Assembly: GCA_963666345.1 (NCBI GenBank) | Contig: OY762721.1 | Span: 288,001 to 352,000, forward strand | Origin: Desulfatiglandales bacterium | Lineage (GTDB): Bacteria; Desulfobacterota; DSM-4660; Desulfatiglandales; Desulfatiglandaceae | Direction of reading: 5' to 3' | DNA length: 64,000 nt | Shown here: positions 41,748 through 53,634 of the stretch, in pieces | Layout of the letters: every line of letters begins with the position of its first letter | Position numbering within the stretch: position 1 is the stretch's first letter | Program-made: the position numbers and the translations under genes | Notes under the pieces: generated by a model | Told to the model about the DNA's origin: nothing | What the model saw: only the letters and a program-made list of their open reading frames with translations | Databases searched by the model: none

Positions 41748-42583
41748 CAAGCTCCGCAGTACTTAGCTACATAACATTCATCTATTTCGGGGCCTTTGTG
41801 GCCTATCTTATAATGCTGGTAATGGGCAGGGAACTTCCCGGACGCATTGCCACGATGGTATCCTACTGCGGCCTTACGGCACATAGTCTTGCCATAGGCC
41901 TGAGGTGGATTGAATCGTACCGGATGGGGATTGGGCATGCCCCCTTTTCGAACCTGTATGAATCCCTGATTTTCTTTGCCTGGACCATCCTCTTCCTTTA
42001 CCTGCTCGTGGAATGGCGAACGAAAAACAAGACTTTGGGAGCGTTTGTCCTCCCTATGGCCTTCCTTTCCATAGCATACGCGTCTTTTTCTCCCAATATA
42101 AGCAGCCAGATTCAGCCCCTGATCCCGGCTCTTAAGAGCAACTGGCTGATAAGCCATGTTATAACCTGTTTTTTCGGCTACGCCGCGTTTGGGCTCTCTT
42201 TCGCCCTGAGTGTTATTTATTTTCTGAAAAAATCCTTCAGGCCGAAGGCTCAAAATATATTTCTCAGGCTGATACCGGATACCGACATTCTGGATGAACT
42301 CAATTATCAGATTGTGGTTATCGGTTTTCTGATGCTTACACTCGGAATAATCACCGGTTCGGTCTGGGCGCACACCGCATGGGGAAGTTACTGGAGCTGG
42401 GACCCCAAGGAGACATGGTCTCTCATAACCTGGCTGGTATATGCCTCTGTTCTTCACACACGGCTGGTAAGGGGCTGGACCGGTAAAAAAATCGCCATAC
42501 TCTGTATAATCGGTTTTTCCTGTGTGCTGTTTACCTATTTTGGGGTCAATTATCTGGCAGGCCTGCACAGTTACGCAACCTGA
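41744..42583 (+). CDS. ccsA: Cytochrome c biogenesis protein CcsA/ResC (system II heme ligase)
   Basis: HAPFSNLYES, PALKSNWLISH, WWD motif WAHTAWGSYWSWDPKETW, GLHSY. Confidence 0.95.
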   Translation: MTSSAVLSYITFIYFGAFVAYLIMLVMGRELPGRIATMVSYCGLTAHSLAIGLRWIESYRMGIGHAPFSNLYESLIFFAWTILFLYLLVEWRTKNKTLGAFVLPMAFLSIAYASFSPNISSQIQPLIPALKSNWLISHVITCFFGYAAFGLSFALSVIYFLKKSFRPKAQNIFLRLIPDTDILDELNYQIVVIGFLMLTLGIITGSVWAHTAWGSYWSWDPKETWSLITWLVYASVLHTRLVRGWTGKKIAILCIIGFSCVLFTYFGVNYLAGLHSYAT

Positions 42584-42640
42584 CAGCTTTTATAGACTCA
42601 ATTCCGCCCGCAGGCCTTTCAGGATGCGGGCCCGGCCGCG

Positions 42641-43966
42641 GTGGAAATGTTAGAGCAGTTGAAAAAAAACGGTTTTGTAATATCTCTTTTGACAAGGCTC
42701 CATGCTGCCGGGCATGAGGCCTTTATTGTGGGCGGCGCGGTCAGAAATGCGATTCTATCAATCCCGATAAAGGACTGGGATATTGCCACCTCCGCCTCGA
42801 CCCGGGAGATGGAGCTCCTTTTTCCTGATCTGAGAAGATTCACCATGAAACATGGCACTGTTACCCTTCTTGGCTCAAATAACAGATGTGAGACAACAAC
42901 CTTCAGAGGTTCAGCGAAAACCATAAGAAACGACCTCGAATTACGGGACTTTACCGTAAACGCAATGGCCTTTGATATCAGGGGTGATAGGGTCATCGAT
43001 CACCAGGGCGGACAAAGAGACCTCAAAAGAAGTATCATAAGGGCCGTGGGAATGCCGTCTGATCGTTTCGAAGAAGATCCGATCCGCCTTTTAAGGGCGA
43101 TCCGGCTCTGCTCTGAGCTTGATTTTCATCCTGAACCATACACACTTGCCTCTATTTCAGAAAACTCCCCGCTTTTAGACACGGTCTCAAGGGAACGGAT
43201 CAGGGATGAACTTACCAGGCTTCTTCTCACTGTAAGGCCGTCTCAGGGATTCCGCCTTGCCGCTGAAACAGGGCTGTTAAAGCACTTCCTTCCGGAACTT
43301 ATGGAATGCGTGGGTGTGGCTCAAAACGATTATCACAGTTACAGTGTATTCGGACACACACTTGATACCATAGACAGAACCGAGGCTGATCTTACTATAA
43401 GACTGACGGCCCTGTTTCACGATCTTGCAAAACCGGTCGTGATAAAACATAGGGGAGAAAGGCGTACCTTCCACGGGCATGAAAAGGCGGGTGCCGTGAT
43501 GGCCGTTAGTATAATGCGCCGCCTCAGGTTCAATGTATCCCTGACAGAAAAGGTCGGCATTCTGGTATCAAATCATATGATCGATTATAATCCCTCATGG
43601 AGTGACAGTGCCGTTAGAAGGCTTATAAAGCGGGTAGGCCGGGAAAACATACAACCTCTCCTCAAATTGAGGGAGGCCGATGTCCTTGCTCACGGCAAAC
43701 AATCGGATGGTCTTTCGATGCTCAACCATTTAAGAAGCAGGATATATGATCTTTTGAGAAAACCTCTGTCCTTACATATGAGAGACCTTGCGATTGATGG
43801 AAATGACGTCATGGATATCCTTGGAATAGGACCCGGCCCGGCAGTCGGTAAGATACTGGAACAGCTCATGGACAAGGCGATAGATGAGCCTGCGATTAAC
43901 AGTCGGGAGGACCTTCTCTCACTTATTGAATCGATAAGGCAAGAGACACCTTTGACATCCGATTAG
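42641..43966 (+). CDS. Class II tRNA nucleotidyltransferase with HD domain; probably CC-adding
   Basis: VGGAVRN, DWD, RDFTVNAMA, EDPIRLLRA, RERIRDE, LFHDLAK; short TTFR-to-RDFT segment. Confidence 0.88.
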   Translation: MEMLEQLKKNGFVISLLTRLHAAGHEAFIVGGAVRNAILSIPIKDWDIATSASTREMELLFPDLRRFTMKHGTVTLLGSNNRCETTTFRGSAKTIRNDLELRDFTVNAMAFDIRGDRVIDHQGGQRDLKRSIIRAVGMPSDRFEEDPIRLLRAIRLCSELDFHPEPYTLASISENSPLLDTVSRERIRDELTRLLLTVRPSQGFRLAAETGLLKHFLPELMECVGVAQNDYHSYSVFGHTLDTIDRTEADLTIRLTALFHDLAKPVVIKHRGERRTFHGHEKAGAVMAVSIMRRLRFNVSLTEKVGILVSNHMIDYNPSWSDSAVRRLIKRVGRENIQPLLKLREADVLAHGKQSDGLSMLNHLRSRIYDLLRKPLSLHMRDLAIDGNDVMDILGIGPGPAVGKILEQLMDKAIDEPAINSREDLLSLIESIRQETPLTSD

Positions 43967-44322
43967 GGCCCTGGCAAGCCCCTTTACTCAATCCCGCCCC
44001 TTCTGTAAGGCCCAAATTCACCGTCTGATTCAGATATGGGCCTTAAGATAAATGGATTTGGGCGAATCCCCGGACACCGGCAAGATAAAGAGATAAGGCA
44101 CCAAGGAGCGATCACCGAGGACGGGCACCTATACGTCGCTCATTACCTCTTGATAGTGGTTCAGGGTAACACATATCTGCTTGACCTCACAGGATGCATT
44201 CTCTATACTCCTTGCAATCCAAAAGAAGAAGAAAAAACAGAATTTATTTATTTTTCCTTCGCCCTGTTTTTACCGTTATTTTTCATCTTAAACAGTAATT
44301 AAATTAATTTAACCGGAGTAAA

Positions 44323-46233
44323 ATGAAATCCCCTTATACCTTCCCCTTTCTCACTTCATCCCTTTTTTTTGCAATTTTAGCCTTCACTTTCGGCTGTGTT
44401 TCCCAGGATGCTTATGTCAAGAAGTCCACAGGCAGCACTTACACGAAAGAAGCTCCGGAGAACATAAACGCGCCCCGGGAAACTGAAGATAAGGCATCAA
44501 AGGCCTGGCAATCGGTCCACAGTCCGCAGGACGAAAAGGCCGGTAAAACCCCTGTCCAATCCGCTGAAAAAAAGGCACCTCAACCTGGAAAACCAGCTTC
44601 AGAGAACCGGCTCTCCGGTAACGGCCATGACGAGGCCGAAACGGTAGATGAACCGACGGATATGTCCGAGCAGAGCAAATCCGACCAGGAGATGCTAGAT
44701 TCTGCGCTTGAATTCTGTCAGGCATCATATGATTACTGGGGGCAGGGTGATCTGGAAAACTCAATCGACTCACTCGATCAGGCCTACTCCCTCATATTGA
44801 AAGTGAAACCCGACCACAACCCTGAGCTGCTCCAGCAGAGGGAAGACCTTCGCGTCACCATTGCCAAGAGAATCATTGAGGTCTATGCATCCAGGTTCAC
44901 GGTTGCAAACGGCTGTCACAAGGCCATTCCACTGGTAATGAACAATCACGTGCAAAGTGCGCTCGATCTGCTTAAAGGCAGAGAGAAGAAATTCTTCATG
45001 TACGCCTACAAGAGATCAGGCAGATACCGGCCTGCTATTGTAAGGGCATTAAAGGAAGCAGGCCTTCCTGAAGAACTTTCCTGGTTGCCACTTATTGAAA
45101 GCGGGTTCAAGGTAAGAGCGCTTTCAAGGGCAAGGGCACTTGGACTATGGCAGTTTATCGCCTCCACAGGATATAAATTCGGTCTGAAAAGAGACACATG
45201 GGTAGATGAAAGGATGGATCCGGAAAAATCCACAAAGGCCGCAATAGATTACCTGAAAGAGCTTCACCAGATCTTCGGAGACTGGGCCACGGTACTTGCG
45301 GCCTATAACTGCGGTGAAGGCACCGTACTGAGGAAGATAAAAACACAAAAGGTAAATTATCTTGACAATTTCTGGGACCTCTACACCAAACTTCCTTCGG
45401 AAACGGCCTTTTATGTGCCCAAATTTCTTGCCGTACTGCACATTCTGAACGACCCGAAGGCCCATGGCTTTGAACTGCCTCCGGTTGATGATGAGATTGT
45501 TGCGGACAAGGTTACCATAGACAGGCAGGTACACCTAAAGACAGTGGCCAAACACGTGGACGTCTCATATGACACATTGAAGGAACTCAATGCCGAGCTC
45601 AGGCGATATTCGACCCCCGGAAGGCCTTACACCCTAAACATCCCGAAAGGAAAGGGTGACATCCTTCTTGCAAAGATGGATGAGATCCCCACCTGGACTC
45701 CACCGGTGCCCTCCCAAGTCAGACACCGGGTAAGGAAGGGCGAAACCCTGTCAACCATAGCATGCAGGTACGGCACCAGCGTCAGGGCAATCATGAATAT
45801 AAACGGCCTTAAGAGCAGAAATTACATAAAGGTCGGCTGGAGTCTGAAGGTTCCCACAAAAAAGGCCTATGCCTCAACCGTCACACGTCCATCACTTAAA
45901 AGGGGCAAGGACAACACCTCTTTGTATGTTGTTAGAAAGGGAGATTCCCTCTGGAAAATAGCCAGACGCTTCGGAACTACCACACAGACTATTCAGGCAT
46001 TCAACCATCTCGGTTCATCAAATCTCAGCATCGGGCAGGCACTTATAATCTCCCGGGAGTCGCAGGTTTCAAAAGAGATAGCATCCACTCAATACAGGGT
46101 AAAAAGGGGCGATTCACCTTATGTAATTGCCAGGAGACACCAGATGAACCTTTCCGAATTCCTGCGCCTCAACAGGCTGACCCCCAGAAGCAGGATTTAT
46201 CCGGGCCAGATGCTTCTCGTAAAGGCCGACTGA
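44323..46233 (+). CDS. Lytic murein transglycosylase with LysM repeats (MltD-like lipoprotein)
   Basis: Lipobox-like FTFGC; LIESGF, ALGLWQF, LAAYNCGEG; LysM repeats HRVRKGETL, YVVRKGDSL, YRVKRGDS. Confidence 0.92.
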   Translation: MKSPYTFPFLTSSLFFAILAFTFGCVSQDAYVKKSTGSTYTKEAPENINAPRETEDKASKAWQSVHSPQDEKAGKTPVQSAEKKAPQPGKPASENRLSGNGHDEAETVDEPTDMSEQSKSDQEMLDSALEFCQASYDYWGQGDLENSIDSLDQAYSLILKVKPDHNPELLQQREDLRVTIAKRIIEVYASRFTVANGCHKAIPLVMNNHVQSALDLLKGREKKFFMYAYKRSGRYRPAIVRALKEAGLPEELSWLPLIESGFKVRALSRARALGLWQFIASTGYKFGLKRDTWVDERMDPEKSTKAAIDYLKELHQIFGDWATVLAAYNCGEGTVLRKIKTQKVNYLDNFWDLYTKLPSETAFYVPKFLAVLHILNDPKAHGFELPPVDDEIVADKVTIDRQVHLKTVAKHVDVSYDTLKELNAELRRYSTPGRPYTLNIPKGKGDILLAKMDEIPTWTPPVPSQVRHRVRKGETLSTIACRYGTSVRAIMNINGLKSRNYIKVGWSLKVPTKKAYASTVTRPSLKRGKDNTSLYVVRKGDSLWKIARRFGTTTQTIQAFNHLGSSNLSIGQALIISRESQVSKEIASTQYRVKRGDSPYVIARRHQMNLSEFLRLNRLTPRSRIYPGQMLLVKAD

Positions 46234-46275
46234 TAAGTGAAGTGCCCCGGCATCGGAGAACCGCGATCTCGCTAA

Positions 46276-46320
46276 ATGAATAAAAAACCCCGATCAATTT
46301 AAACGGGGTTTTTTATTTAT
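46276..46320. terminator. Bidirectional intrinsic terminator
   Basis: AATAAAAAACCCCG...CGGGGTTTTTTATT between convergent genes. Confidence 0.85.
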
Positions 46321-46347
46321 TCAGAATGTTTTCAGATAACAAAACTA

Positions 46348-47772
46348 TTAGTCCAGCATCGGAACCCCATAAGGCCCTTCTTCTACAAATGCTACCGTGG
46401 GTTCTTTTCCTTCAAATTTAGGGTTATTTACCGCATAAATAACGGCATTCTGAAACATTGCCTCAGCCTTTTCCTTTTCAGAGGCAAATTCCTGATCTTC
46501 ATCCAGCATCTCATATCCGCTTACGCCCGGGATTATTTTGTAGTCCTCTTCAGCAAGCTGGGGAGCACAATATATGAGGCCTTCTTCCCCCACCTTTCTT
46601 ATAGGCTTACCCCACATTTCAGGCTCCCACTGATCCTTGGTGAATATCCAGTCAGGATGCTGCAGGATCGAGATGTATCTGTCAGGTCCCAGGATCTTGA
46701 ACAAATGAAGGAGAGTGAGGTATTCCTGGGAACCGATCGGTCTTACATCGACATTGTTGGCGGCCATGATAATGAAACCCTTTTCCTTGACAGCTGGAAT
46801 TGCACCAACCGCTGCCTTTACACTCTGGTAATGGTCCCTGCCGACATACCCGGCATGAGTCAGGACGATATCGTAAGACTCTCTTATAGGAATTTTCACA
46901 AATTCGTTCATCGCCTTAAATGCCTCCATATGGGCATCGAACAGATCACCCCCGTATACGCCTGTGATCTTGAGTTTATGATCCAGGGTGCTGCTGATCA
47001 TAAAATCAACCCCCACAGTCTTGGCCACCTCTACGGCCTCCTCGTGGCATGGATTTCCCTCCAGAATCAGGTTTGTAGCGTTGGGGTGTTCAAGAAACTC
47101 CACACCGTGAAATTTTTCAATAGTCTTCGTATTAACCAGGGCCGGGCATACCGCCTTTCTGCCCCCTGATATCCCGGTCATGAAATGACTTTCGACTAGT
47201 CCGGTGACGATCTTTACATCCGAAGCATGGAATATCCTGTTGAGATATACCTCGGTGTCCCTTGTTGTGTGAGCGGCAAGCACCATGGTGGACATATCTT
47301 CACAGTCATGATCAACGATGCGGTAATTATCCACAACCTCAGGCCCGTACATGAACAGCCTCTCTTCCAGGGTGCTGGGACGGTGCATCCCGTTTCCTAT
47401 AACTATAACGATGTTATCCCTCTTTACCCCGGCCCCCTCTATGATTTCAAAAAGGGGAAGAAGCACGCCGTTTTCTCCTTTGTATGGAACCGGCCTTGTT
47501 ATATCAGACACAGTCACGCATACGGTTAACTCATCCAACGGTTTTCCCTTTGATCGGATGATTTCCGGTAGTGTAGGCGAACCTATCGGATTATTAAGCG
47601 CCTCCGATATCTGCTCCTTCGAACCGGCCTTGCTTGGCATAGGTTTCATCTTGAGACTCTCACACTGAGGGGGGACTGATATATCCAGGCAATCATCCCC
47701 GAACTCAACTTGGATCCTTTTCCAGCCTTTCATGTCCGCCTTAGAAATAATCTCCGATATCTCCTGTCTCAT
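46348..47772 (-). CDS. LarA-family nickel-pincer (NPN)-dependent 2-hydroxyacid racemase/epimerase
   Basis: SDITRP, GMHRP, HFMTGISGGRK, KFH, YQSVK. Start placed at ATG 47772 after SD GGAGG. Confidence 0.88.
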   Translation of the reverse strand: MRQEISEIISKADMKGWKRIQVEFGDDCLDISVPPQCESLKMKPMPSKAGSKEQISEALNNPIGSPTLPEIIRSKGKPLDELTVCVTVSDITRPVPYKGENGVLLPLFEIIEGAGVKRDNIVIVIGNGMHRPSTLEERLFMYGPEVVDNYRIVDHDCEDMSTMVLAAHTTRDTEVYLNRIFHASDVKIVTGLVESHFMTGISGGRKAVCPALVNTKTIEKFHGVEFLEHPNATNLILEGNPCHEEAVEVAKTVGVDFMISSTLDHKLKITGVYGGDLFDAHMEAFKAMNEFVKIPIRESYDIVLTHAGYVGRDHYQSVKAAVGAIPAVKEKGFIIMAANNVDVRPIGSQEYLTLLHLFKILGPDRYISILQHPDWIFTKDQWEPEMWGKPIRKVGEEGLIYCAPQLAEEDYKIIPGVSGYEMLDEDQEFASEKEKAEAMFQNAVIYAVNNPKFEGKEPTVAFVEEGPYGVPMLD

Positions 47773-48020
47773 ACTCCCCTCCAGTAACCTTATCCGATGC
47801 AGGTGCATCTGAATGGCATTTAATATATTAATAATATGAAGATGTTACTTCTAATTCCCTGTGCTATTGGTAAATTGTTCTCACGGCGAAAGAATCTTAG
47901 GGAATATATTATTTAGTGTCAATCGTAAATATTAAGTCATGTTTCATCCTGCTCTGAAACCGAAAAGTAAAAGAGCATCATGGCACTTACAAACCGGGGG
48001 AGGGCCCATGCCTCAGCCCG

Positions 48021-48626
48021 TTATCTCCAATCAGCCGGCAGATCTTTTATCTCAGCCAGCCTCTTGATTACGAAATCCGGCTCCGGATCCCCTTTCTGCA
48101 TAACCGGGGGACCACCGTTTGTTACAAGAACCGTCTTGGCTCCCGCCTCCTTTCCTGCCATAACATCAAACCTGAAGTCACCCACTACCATCAGATGTTC
48201 AGTCATAAGCCCCATCTGACCCGCTGCCTCTACAACGCCCTCAGGATGAGGTTTGGGCAATGAAGAATCACGCGTTATGACGGCCTTGAAAAAAGAGATA
48301 TCTATTCCTTCAAACCTTCTTAGCGTCGTCATAACCGCCTTTTCGCTGTTTCTGGTTATAATGCCCAAGACATAACCTTTTTCCCTGAAAAAATAAAGGC
48401 ACTCCTTGGCCCCGACGTTCGGAACTGATAATTCGGCCGCCTTTTCTTCAATCTCATCCAACACCCCCATCAGTTTAACTCTATTGCTCGGAGGCTGTTC
48501 ATCCAGAAATTCAAGGATAGGCCTATCAATCGGGCAGCCCAGTGTTTTCTTTATAGCGGGAAAGTCAAGGGCGCCTGGCTTGGTAAGGGTCCCGTCCAGA
48601 TCAAAGAGTAATCCTCTTATAGTCAT
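48021..48626 (-). CDS. HAD-family hydrolase
   Basis: FDLDGTL, ITRNS, KPHP, VGDFRFD. Confidence 0.92.
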   Translation of the reverse strand: MTIRGLLFDLDGTLTKPGALDFPAIKKTLGCPIDRPILEFLDEQPPSNRVKLMGVLDEIEEKAAELSVPNVGAKECLYFFREKGYVLGIITRNSEKAVMTTLRRFEGIDISFFKAVITRDSSLPKPHPEGVVEAAGQMGLMTEHLMVVGDFRFDVMAGKEAGAKTVLVTNGGPPVMQKGDPEPDFVIKRLAEIKDLPADWR

Positions 48627-49399
48627 TTTTCACTCCATACAGGATCCCTTTTTTCAAAAAAGGCGCTCATTCCTTCGACTGCATCATCCATGAGGGCATT
48701 TGCCGATATAAGTTCACTTGCATACATGTATGCATTATGCTCCTGCATTTCTATCTGTCTGTAAAATCCCCGCTTCCCGAGCCCAAGGGTTTCAAGGCTG
48801 TAACCGGATATCTCTTCCGCCAGAGCAGCGGCCTCTTTATCCAGATTATTCAGGGGCACCACTCTGTTAACCAGTCCGAACTCAAGCGCCTCGTCTGCAT
48901 CGATAAATCTGCCGGTCAAAAGCATTTCCATTGCCCGTTTTCTACCAACCGCTCGGCTGAGAGGCACGGAGGGCGTTGTACAGAAAAGTCCTATTTTTAC
49001 CCCTGGAGTCGCGAACCTTGCACCCTCCTCAGCGATCGCCAGATCGGAGGCGGCCACAAGCTGACATCCGGCTGCGGTAGCGATACCGTGGACCTGACAG
49101 ATAACGGGTTGCGGTATATCATGCATAAGGCTCATCAGCAATATGCACCTTCCAAACAGCTCCCTTATATTATCAATCCCCTTGTTCAAGATCTCCTTCA
49201 TGTCATGACCGGCGCAGAAACTCGGACCACTGCCCTTTATGATTATAACCTTAACCCTTTTTTCATTTCCCCCGTCCCGCAGGCACCTGTGAATTTCATC
49301 AAGCATTTCAAGGGACAAGGCATTTCTTGTTTCAGGCCTGTTAAGGGTCAAGAACCCTATCCTGCCCTCTTCTCTGTAAATTATGTTCTTATAGGTCAT
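48623..49399 (-). CDS. Enoyl-CoA hydratase/isomerase (crotonase) family
   Basis: LTLNRPETRNAL, FCAGHD, ATAAGCQL, FATPGVKIGLFC; SD AAGGAGG before ATG 49399. Confidence 0.92.
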   Translation of the reverse strand: MTYKNIIYREEGRIGFLTLNRPETRNALSLEMLDEIHRCLRDGGNEKRVKVIIIKGSGPSFCAGHDMKEILNKGIDNIRELFGRCILLMSLMHDIPQPVICQVHGIATAAGCQLVAASDLAIAEEGARFATPGVKIGLFCTTPSVPLSRAVGRKRAMEMLLTGRFIDADEALEFGLVNRVVPLNNLDKEAAALAEEISGYSLETLGLGKRGFYRQIEMQEHNAYMYASELISANALMDDAVEGMSAFFEKRDPVWSEK

Positions 49400-49668
49400 A
49401 AGCCCTCCTTGGATGAGAATCGCTTTTGAACACACCTGTTCACCTCTTTCCGTTACTTCTATCATCTATGAATGACTCAGTCACCACTATTGTATAAACA
49501 TTTCACCTTAAAAGATGAAACCTTTTACAACCTCCAATTTTTAGCTTGACCTGGAGGTCCCGGTAGGGTTATTTGGATACCTTTTGTCTCAAATGTTAAA
49601 AATATGCATTGACTATACTGCTAAACGGGATTTTGATAAAGAGCCACTTCTGGATGGAAACCAAATAA

Positions 49669-50799
<1,131 letters not shown>

Positions 50800-50816
50800 T
50801 TAAAGGGGACAGGGAG

Positions 50817-51596
50817 CTAGAAATATCTGCTACTTTTTTCTCCCTCACCCAGCATGGCCCTGGCCACAAGCAGGCTCTGGTTCCTGTCTTCAAGATTAAG
50901 TGCCTGCTCCAGGCCACCCGAGTCCAGGTTCATGTTTATTGCCTCCTTGGTAAGCCTTACCCCCATTGAATTCTTGCTGTTTATCTGTTTTGCCATCTCA
51001 ACCGAATTGTCTATAAGATCGTCCCGCTCAACCATCCGGCTGACGAGACCCAGTTCAAAGGCCTGTTGAGCCGTCATGGAGTCTCCGGTAAGCATGAATT
51101 CATATGCCCTGCCCGCTCCGATAAGCCTGGGCAGAAAATAGCTGCAGGCCATATCAGCCCCTCCAAGTCCGATATTTATGTAGGCCGCTGAAAACCGGGC
51201 ATCACCTGTAACAATCCTGATATCCGAAGCAAGGGCGAAGCTGAAACCAAGTCCCGCCGCAGCCCCGTGAACAGAGCATATAATCGGCTGAGGAGCCCTT
51301 CTCATTGCAAGGGTAAGCCTCGCAAGTCTCGACTGAAACCGGTAGAATTCATCAGTAGTCATACGGTCAAAGGTTTTTACCGACTCCTTCATGTCAAGCC
51401 CCGCGCAAAACCCCCTTTTTCCGTTTCCCTTCAAGATTATCACATTGGTCTTGAGATCGTTCTTTTTTTCCGCCCAGAAGACCTCAAGTTCTTCCATCAT
51501 CAGGTGATTTACTGAGTTGTACCTCCTGGGCCTATTGAGGCACAGCATCTCTATCCCCTCTTCCACCTTTTGCGATTCTATCGTCTTATAACCCAT
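50817..51596 (-). CDS. Enoyl-CoA hydratase/isomerase (crotonase) family
   Basis: LNRPRRYN, FCAGLD, GAAAGLGFSFALASD, DMACSYFLPRLIG. Confidence 0.92.
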   Translation of the reverse strand: MGYKTIESQKVEEGIEMLCLNRPRRYNSVNHLMMEELEVFWAEKKNDLKTNVIILKGNGKRGFCAGLDMKESVKTFDRMTTDEFYRFQSRLARLTLAMRRAPQPIICSVHGAAAGLGFSFALASDIRIVTGDARFSAAYINIGLGGADMACSYFLPRLIGAGRAYEFMLTGDSMTAQQAFELGLVSRMVERDDLIDNSVEMAKQINSKNSMGVRLTKEAINMNLDSGGLEQALNLEDRNQSLLVARAMLGEGEKSSRYF

Positions 51597-51897
51597 TTAA
51601 CCCCCATTAAAATCTCCAGGATATCTGTCCGCCAAAAGGCCCTGCATCTAATTCCGCCAAGGCCGCACAAAAGTCAAATACACCCCTTGAATAGAATATG
51701 ACGCCCCTGATTGATACCCCATTGATATGACATGGGGTAATTCATTGTCGCAGGACTCATATTTTCGCCTTTTCCCCTTGATGGTGCAACCACTTTCCGT
51801 TATATCTTTTTTTAGAGCCTTCTTTCACGGGGTTTCATCTCATCGGAGCAGCCCTATCTGAAATTTCATCCAATGCCCTTCTGAAAAAGGGGCTTTC

Positions 51898-53424
51898 ATG
51901 GGAAAAATGCTCAAAAATCTGAAAGAATATCATTATCAGAGCAGTTATGACCGTGATAAAATGCATGGACATCGGCTTGACTGGAAAAATCGCCCCCGCC
52001 CGTTCAAGCAATATCCGGGGCAAAAGCGGATAGAAATGCCAAGGCCTGTCGGTCTTCCTGACACAGATTTTTCAGATCTTCTCAAATACCCCGGGAAAAC
52101 AGTGCCTCTGGAAAAAGCAAACATCCTTGATCTATCAGACATTCTCCATCTTTCATATGGCATAACCGCCAGGGCCCAGCATGGCGATGACTATCTTTAC
52201 TTTCGAACGGTTGCCTCAGCAGGTGGTCTTTACCCCTCTGAGATCTATATTTCATCACACCGAGTAAAAGGATTGGCAGACGGGCTCTACTATTTCTCCG
52301 CCGCCGATCACAGTCTGATCCCTCTCAGGACGGGAAACATCTCCGCTACGATAAACGCCCTTTCCGGCATCGGTGAGGACACATCCCCTTTTTTTATATT
52401 CTTTTTTTCCGCTATATTTTTCAGGAGCGCTTGGAAATACAGGGAAAGGGCGTACCGCTATAACCTTCTGGATACAGGACATCTTATTGAACAAACCGTC
52501 ATGGCTTTAAAGGCATTGGGAGCACCCTTTTTCCTTACTTATGACTTTGACGACCCATTCATTAACAACCTGCTGGGAGTTAACCAGGACCTAGAGGCCT
52601 GTCTTGCCGTATGCCTTGTTCCGGGTCCCAAGGGATCAACTGCTCATAGAAAAATGGAAGTCCTTCCCGATCTGCCCGAATCCATAAAAAATTCAAGCAA
52701 ATCTGCTTCATTTGAAAACGACTACCCCATCATAAGGGAGGCCCATAAGAAGGGTTTTTCAGCATACAGACATGCCGTAACAGACAGGGGACCAAATGAA
52801 TTGATTATCCGGGCAACCTCCTGGCAGACCATCAGAAGAGACAAACAATGGACTGACAGGCCCGGTTTTACGGAAAGCACTTTAAGACGCCGCTCCAGAA
52901 GAAATTTCATTAGAGCCGCTCTGAAATCCGAGCAGCTGGATTCGGTTCTAGCCTCTCTTTGCGAGCCCTCCCCTGGTGAGCCCGACTCACTGAACCGGAA
53001 GACGACACCCTTAATTACCGGTGCCCTTATTGAAAAGGCGGAGGGTTTTGATCCAGGCTTTTATATCATTGATGGTGCATCCGGCAGGATCGGATTGGTA
53101 AAGGCTGGAAGATTCATTGAGGGCATGGCAAATGTCTGTCTTGGGCAATTATGGGTTAACAGGGCTTCTGTCCACATACTCTTTCTGGCTGACCTTGAAC
53201 TCATGGATAAGACATGGGGCGGCAGGGCTTACCGATATGCCATGCTGGAGGCCGGAAGAAAGGGTCAAAAGCTGTATCTGGCTGCAGAAAGCGCCGGGCT
53301 GGGCTGCTGTGGAATAGGCGCATTTTATGACAAGGAGGCATCCGCGATCCTTGACATCAAAGATCCCCTGCGGCTACTGTATCTGGTTGTAATTGGTACT
53401 CCCGCGCATACCGTTGGGCCCTGA
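51898..53424 (+). CDS. Tandem SagB/ThcOx-type nitroreductase-fold FMN protein
   Basis: RTVASAGGLYP, WKYRERAYRY..LDTGH, RRRSRRNF, RAYRYAMLEAG, GCCGIGAFYD. Confidence 0.88.
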   Translation: MGKMLKNLKEYHYQSSYDRDKMHGHRLDWKNRPRPFKQYPGQKRIEMPRPVGLPDTDFSDLLKYPGKTVPLEKANILDLSDILHLSYGITARAQHGDDYLYFRTVASAGGLYPSEIYISSHRVKGLADGLYYFSAADHSLIPLRTGNISATINALSGIGEDTSPFFIFFFSAIFFRSAWKYRERAYRYNLLDTGHLIEQTVMALKALGAPFFLTYDFDDPFINNLLGVNQDLEACLAVCLVPGPKGSTAHRKMEVLPDLPESIKNSSKSASFENDYPIIREAHKKGFSAYRHAVTDRGPNELIIRATSWQTIRRDKQWTDRPGFTESTLRRRSRRNFIRAALKSEQLDSVLASLCEPSPGEPDSLNRKTTPLITGALIEKAEGFDPGFYIIDGASGRIGLVKAGRFIEGMANVCLGQLWVNRASVHILFLADLELMDKTWGGRAYRYAMLEAGRKGQKLYLAAESAGLGCCGIGAFYDKEASAILDIKDPLRLLYLVVIGTPAHTVGP

Positions 53425-53634
53425 AGGCACAGCACACAATCCCGTCTGAAAGGGCCGTGCCTACCGGGGTCAGACTTGCTATGCGGGGACCGGTGAGCCC
53501 GGGGCGAGCTGAAAGGGATACTGACACCTTTAAAGACATCGAAGTGAAGGATGATCACGGTTTCGCACTGAAATCCGGACCGGCACTCACATCAAGGGAC
53601 TATTTTTGGAGCTTACATCGAAAGGAACTCCATT

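Noticed and set aside
51898..53424. RiPP (azole) biosynthetic cluster around the SagB-like gene
   Set aside because: No YcaO, precursor peptide or transporter nearby; stand-alone tandem nitroreductases are common in anaerobes.
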